A stretch of DNA of 52,664 nt from Chara braunii (lineage: Eukaryota > Plantae > Charophyceae), in assembly GCA_003427395.1 (NCBI GenBank), contig BFEA01000004.1, positions 1,593,812-1,646,475 of the forward strand, written 5' to 3'. Shown piece after piece: positions 48,341 to 52,664 of the stretch (its first letter is position 1; each line of letters starts with the position of its first letter). A program made the translations under genes and the position numbers. Below the pieces are notes generated by a model, which saw nothing but the letters and a program-made list of their open reading frames with translations, did no database searches and had not been told where the DNA came from.

Positions 48341-49519
48341 GTTACAGAGGTTTGTTTTTATTTTTTAAATATTTTTTTCTTGTTTTTTTGTTTCAATTAT
48401 TTAAATTTATTTGTTTTTTTTGTCTTTGATTTTTAACTCGAGTTTGATACAGACTTTTGGGATGAGTTCCAAACAAAAATTATTTGAAATATCATTTTGC
48501 ACAATATTTTTTTTTTTTCCATATTTTTTTCGTATTCCCACATACAGGAGAACGTGTATAAGGTGGGAGGTGTAGATCTTCACCCATATTCCATTTTGTC
48601 ATTCAATCCCTCTGTCCGTCTGTCTGTCTATCTGTTTCTCTCTCTTTCGTGCGAGTGCTTCGTACAATTGCTTTGACTATTGTAGGGTTGCGTTCTCCGC
48701 ACCAATTCGGTAATCAACGTTTAACATGCTTCCATCGACCAATTTGAGCCAAAACGAACGACCGGCATAACGAGCAATGAAAATGCCCAGGGTGTATAAA
48801 CGCATCATTTACAACTTACTAACAACTAAAATGGTATCTTCTTATAACGATAGAAGTCTCAACACCATTCCGGACAACCAGTCGACAACCTTCCCGCAAA
48901 CGCAATAGCCACAGGGGTTTCGGTGACACCATACAACACTGTGTTATTCCCATGAATCGAGGGTCCCTGAGGCGCCATCTGCCGCACTGTGGTAGCTAAC
49001 TGCCCCGACAACACTAAGATGGACTAAGCCCCCGATTGTTGTTCGGTATTCGAGGGTTGAGGGCAATGCCGTTATTGAGTACGTAGCGCATCATGGGTGG
49101 GTTTTATACCCTTGAGTCAATTTTTTCGTCCTTCGTTATACTGGTCTTCCCTTCATGTTCAAAGGGTAGTTGAAAAGGTGATGAATTTGCTGGTGGGGCA
49201 ATTCATGGGGAACGGGCAGTTATTGCTTGCAGAGGGCCGGTAGCTGCCCGTAGGAGGCCGGTGAGGCCACGGTCCTTGAGATGAACATTTCAAAATCGAA
49301 ACGACGTGGGTCCGCTTTTCTGGAATAGAAGGGTACCTCAAATAAACCGCGTACGTGGTGTATTTGAAAAGAAGATGTATTCGAATTCGAAAAAGAAAAA
49401 ACACTGGTATTTGAATAGAACATTACCTTTTTTTTTTTTCTTTTTTTTTTTTGAGGTTAGCGCCTGCCCTTGTGCTCCCCGCCACTGTCATCCTGTATGC
49501 TGCAATGTTTTTTTTTTTT

Positions 49520-49622
49520 TTGTTCTCTCTCTCTTTCTCTCTCTTTCTCTCTCTCTTACATACACACACACACACACACACACTCACAGACTCAGTCTCA
49601 CATACACATGTGCACACACACA

Positions 49623-49660
<38 letters not shown>
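49520..49660. repeat. (CT)n/(CA)n compound microsatellite
   Basis: Direct observation. Confidence 0.95.
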
Positions 49661-49661
<1 letters not shown>

Positions 49662-49829
49662 TTTCTTCCCTCGTCCCCAAAAGTTATGCTTCAGCCCACT
49701 AGTTGACTTACGACAGAATGCTCCTATCTATTAGTGGGGAGCGACACCTGCTGGAAACCGGGTCTAGCGTTCGATGCACATTGTGAATAAGCACCAGCCG
49801 CGACCCCCCACACGCATACTCATGGAGTT

Positions 49830-50260
49830 TTTTTTTTTTTTTTTGTATTTTTTTTTTAATTTTTTTTTTATAAAGCTATATTCTTCTCTCAATTTCACCT
49901 CACACTACCTACCTACCACTAGTCCTAATTGTAGGCAATCGGGGAACCTCGTAGCAGCCAGATCCGTGTTCACGAGAGAACATGCGGGGGCTGCCCCCGA
50001 CCTGCAGGTGGGCGATACCGGCTAGGGGACAACCGGTAGCATAAGGTACCATGCCAACAGGACCAATCCCTGTGCCTCCCCTCAGGTCCCCTCCCCTACG
50101 AACATCAGCAGACTCTGCTCAATGCCGATCGGGGGATCCAGTGGTCTATCTCTAGGTGGCGGTCGCCAAGCATGCCCAGGAAAGTACATGAGGCCAATGG
50201 GGATTGAACCCACGACCTCCTGAATGCCATTTGCGAGCCTTACCAACTGAGTTAGGCCCC
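49830..50260 (-). mobile_element. tRNA-derived SINE, ~430 bp
   Basis: TSD TGGAGTT at 49823-49829 and 50261-50267; tRNA head at 50260-50189; GC-rich structured body; A-tail seen as T-runs at 49830-49870. Confidence 0.88.
50189..50260 (-). tRNA. tRNA-Ala(GGC)-like SINE head (pseudo-tRNA)
   Basis: GGGGCCTAACTCAGTTGGTAAGGCTCGCAAATGGCATTCAGGAGGTCGTGGGTTCAATCCCCATTGGCCTCA; A and B boxes present; anticodon loop ATGGCAT. Confidence 0.75.
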
Positions 50261-52664
50261 TGGAGTTGTGTATAGCAAAAATGACAAAAAATAAACACAG
50301 CATAATCACTACCTTAGGCCTCCCCAACCACATCAACAAACAAACTATGGCCTGCACACCCGTGGCCTCACAGTAAGTCTGTAGAGATGCTACGGACACA
50401 AGTCAGTAGAGACGCTATGGACACTCTTCTGATCTGATGGCGTTATTATGGTCTGTTCCCCGGCTAGAGGCCAGGGGTAGGCTCGGTAGGTGCGGTAGGC
50501 AAGGGTGGGTTGCGTGATTGAGAACTAACCGTCCGATCTGATCCTCGCTACCTATCTTATGGAAGAAGGGTGGGACGCGCTTTGGGGAGGGACAGGCGGG
50601 GCTGACCCTCGCATCAAAACGCGCCATACGCGCGGCATGTCCTGTATGTGGGACCTGTGGTCGGCTTGCCTGGCGAACGCTCATGAGGCACATTATGACA
50701 TGCGCGACGTGTGCGACAACTACGACACAAAACAAATACCCACCCACCGCTTGTGAACTTTCCGAACTATTTATATTTATATATATTTATTATTGTTACT
50801 CTTTTCTGTATCTCTTTTTACCTTTTTCCTATTGGCTGCAAAGTAACCAAGGTCTATTCTGTGATTGGCTGGTGTGAGGTGTTTTCGGCCCTGCGCGGCG
50901 AATTTCGCCTCCCTACCTGCTCTTCTGTCTCGTACCGTAGGTAACGGTGTTTTCGCCGGCGGGTCGTCCGCGCTTCGCTCCACTCAATCGTATCTTCGGC
51001 TAGAAAGTGGAAAGATACAGGAGCCTTTTTTTTGTCGTTCTCGCATTTGGTTGTTGGAGCACGAGGGCCATCGGCAGCTATGGTAGCGGATGATACCCCT
51101 CAGCAGGTAGGGGGAAGTTCCGATGAGTACCATCGCTGAAACGGCACCCTTCAAGCGATCATCCATGAACTGCCGGTTGTGGCACGGCAGCAATCTCCGC
51201 GGCTTCCTGGGGGCGGAGATAGAGAGAGTGAGCTGGCGCCTCTGGGAAGGAAAACACGTCGTGCCTGTGTGAACCATGTGCGGTGCTCGTGCTCTTTTGT
51301 GCTTATTGTACGGGGAGAAGGGCGAGAGGGTGGGTTGGGTGTGTCGTGGGTGGGTTGGGTGTGTCGTGGGGGGTGGAGAAGGGGGCGGAGAGACTGTCAT
51401 AGCCCGCACTGGTGTCTTCGCTGCCATCTCCTTGTCGACTTGAGGTATTGTCATCGTGATTTCGCTGTTCTGGCTCTGTGCTTATACGCCGCGTGTGAAG
51501 CTGGTTACTGAGTGGGGCGGGAGCGGGGCCGGGGGCGCAGTTGCGAGGGGAGCAACCGAGGCGGTTGGCGCGCCCTCGCGGCGCGCAGTAGGGCCGGTCG
51601 CGGCCTGCAGCAGCGGTGGCGCTGGGCGCGCGCGACCAGCTCTCCCTCTCTTTCGCGCACACACAACCACGACACAGGCACAGACACCCCCGCGGCCGTA
51701 CTATACGACGAATTTCGCCCTGTTTTTTGAATTGGTGCAGTGATCACCAGCGACCTTTCAATGATGAGTTATGTCTACCTACCGGTAGACGGCGGATCGA
51801 GCCGGGCCCGCCTGCGCGCTGCTGCGGCACACTGGTTGTTCGCGGCTCTGATCGCGCAAGCTACTGCGGAGGAAGCAAGGGAGTGAAGCTGTCTGACGGG
51901 GTGGGTGCGCACGTTGTGCGCGGAGATGCCCTTCAAACTGTCGATGGGGCCCGTTGTTAAATGCGTCATCGTCGCCGATGCGGTCTCAGGTAGTCTCTAA
52001 GCTAGGGCTGAGTGCCACGTGGCGCATTTCTGAGGGCTTACTGCCCCCAGAGCGGCGCCCAAGGGAGGGTGTGAGAGTGGGGCGAAAATGTTCGCCGTTT
52101 GTGTTAGGGCTTGGGGTTTTTGTCTTTTTTCCACGAACAAGAAAGAACAAGAAAGAAATGTGGAGCGAGTGTAAGAAAGGCAACCTGTGCGATGGTGTAC
52201 GCCTTATATTTGCCATTTTGGCGCGCTTATTAGTGGGAGGCTAGTCCTGCCCTCATGACAGACCGGTCGCTTGTCCACGTTCCTTGGTTGCCGGTTTTCT
52301 CCCCTCAAGCCCTTAATCCTCCCATCTTCAGCCCATTGATTGATTAGGCCCTCTGGTCATTGGGCGGCAGGAATCTTCCTGTGTGTAGGCTAATCAGGGA
52401 AATCGGCAGATCCGCGTCTTCGTGTCCTGGCCTGTCGTGTCTGGTCCTAATTCCCTTCTCCTCTTCTCAATTGGTTTTCCATTGTTCTGATTTCGTCCTA
52501 CGTTCATGTAGATTACGTTTGTTTTTCCTTTTTTTTAAACGCCTTTTCGTTTTGTTTTCTTCACATCTCCCATCCGACCCGCTGTCCTCTTCCTCCGCCG
52601 TTTCTTTCCTATTGGCGTCCTCAATAATTTCCTTATCCAAGATCACCGTTGGTTAAGCTCTCCC

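Noticed and set aside
48940-49050. HDV-like ribozyme or RNase MRP CR-V (GGGGCTTA on the - strand)
   Set aside because: P1/P2/P3 topology cannot be completed and no CR-I GAAAGTCCCC partner is present
50984-52244. Overlapping GC-rich ORFs at the window end
   Set aside because: No recognisable domains; open frames on both strands are expected at this GC content

Overview
Repeat-dense eukaryotic nuclear DNA, most likely from a green plant or streptophyte alga. Evidence for that: plant-type U6 3' ends, plastid-derived fragments and N gaps. No intact host gene is recognisable. Main content: (1) a full-length ~10.4 kb L1/Tx1-type LINE (2148-12575) with a 10-bp TSD, A-tail, zinc-knuckle ORF1 and a disabled APE-RT-zf ORF2; (2) two U6 snRNA copies; (3) at least six non-autonomous DNA elements with ACCACCAGTAC-type termini and 4-bp TTAA/TTCA TSDs, one carrying a plastid 23S rRNA piece; (4) an hAT element with an 8-bp TSD; (5) fragments of a group II intron RT and a Penelope-like RT; (6) a SINE headed by a bacterial-type tRNA-Ala(GGC). 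Two signals are unexplained. One is an array of ~16 stem-loops at ~60-bp period (38510-40045) with a constant CAACTTATG loop region and sequence-variable but still complementary stems. The other is a 35-nt sequence at the LINE 5' end that recurs identically at the head of a ~90-nt snRNA/SL-RNA-like unit at 47892. All coordinates and base pairings were read by eye; no searches were run.
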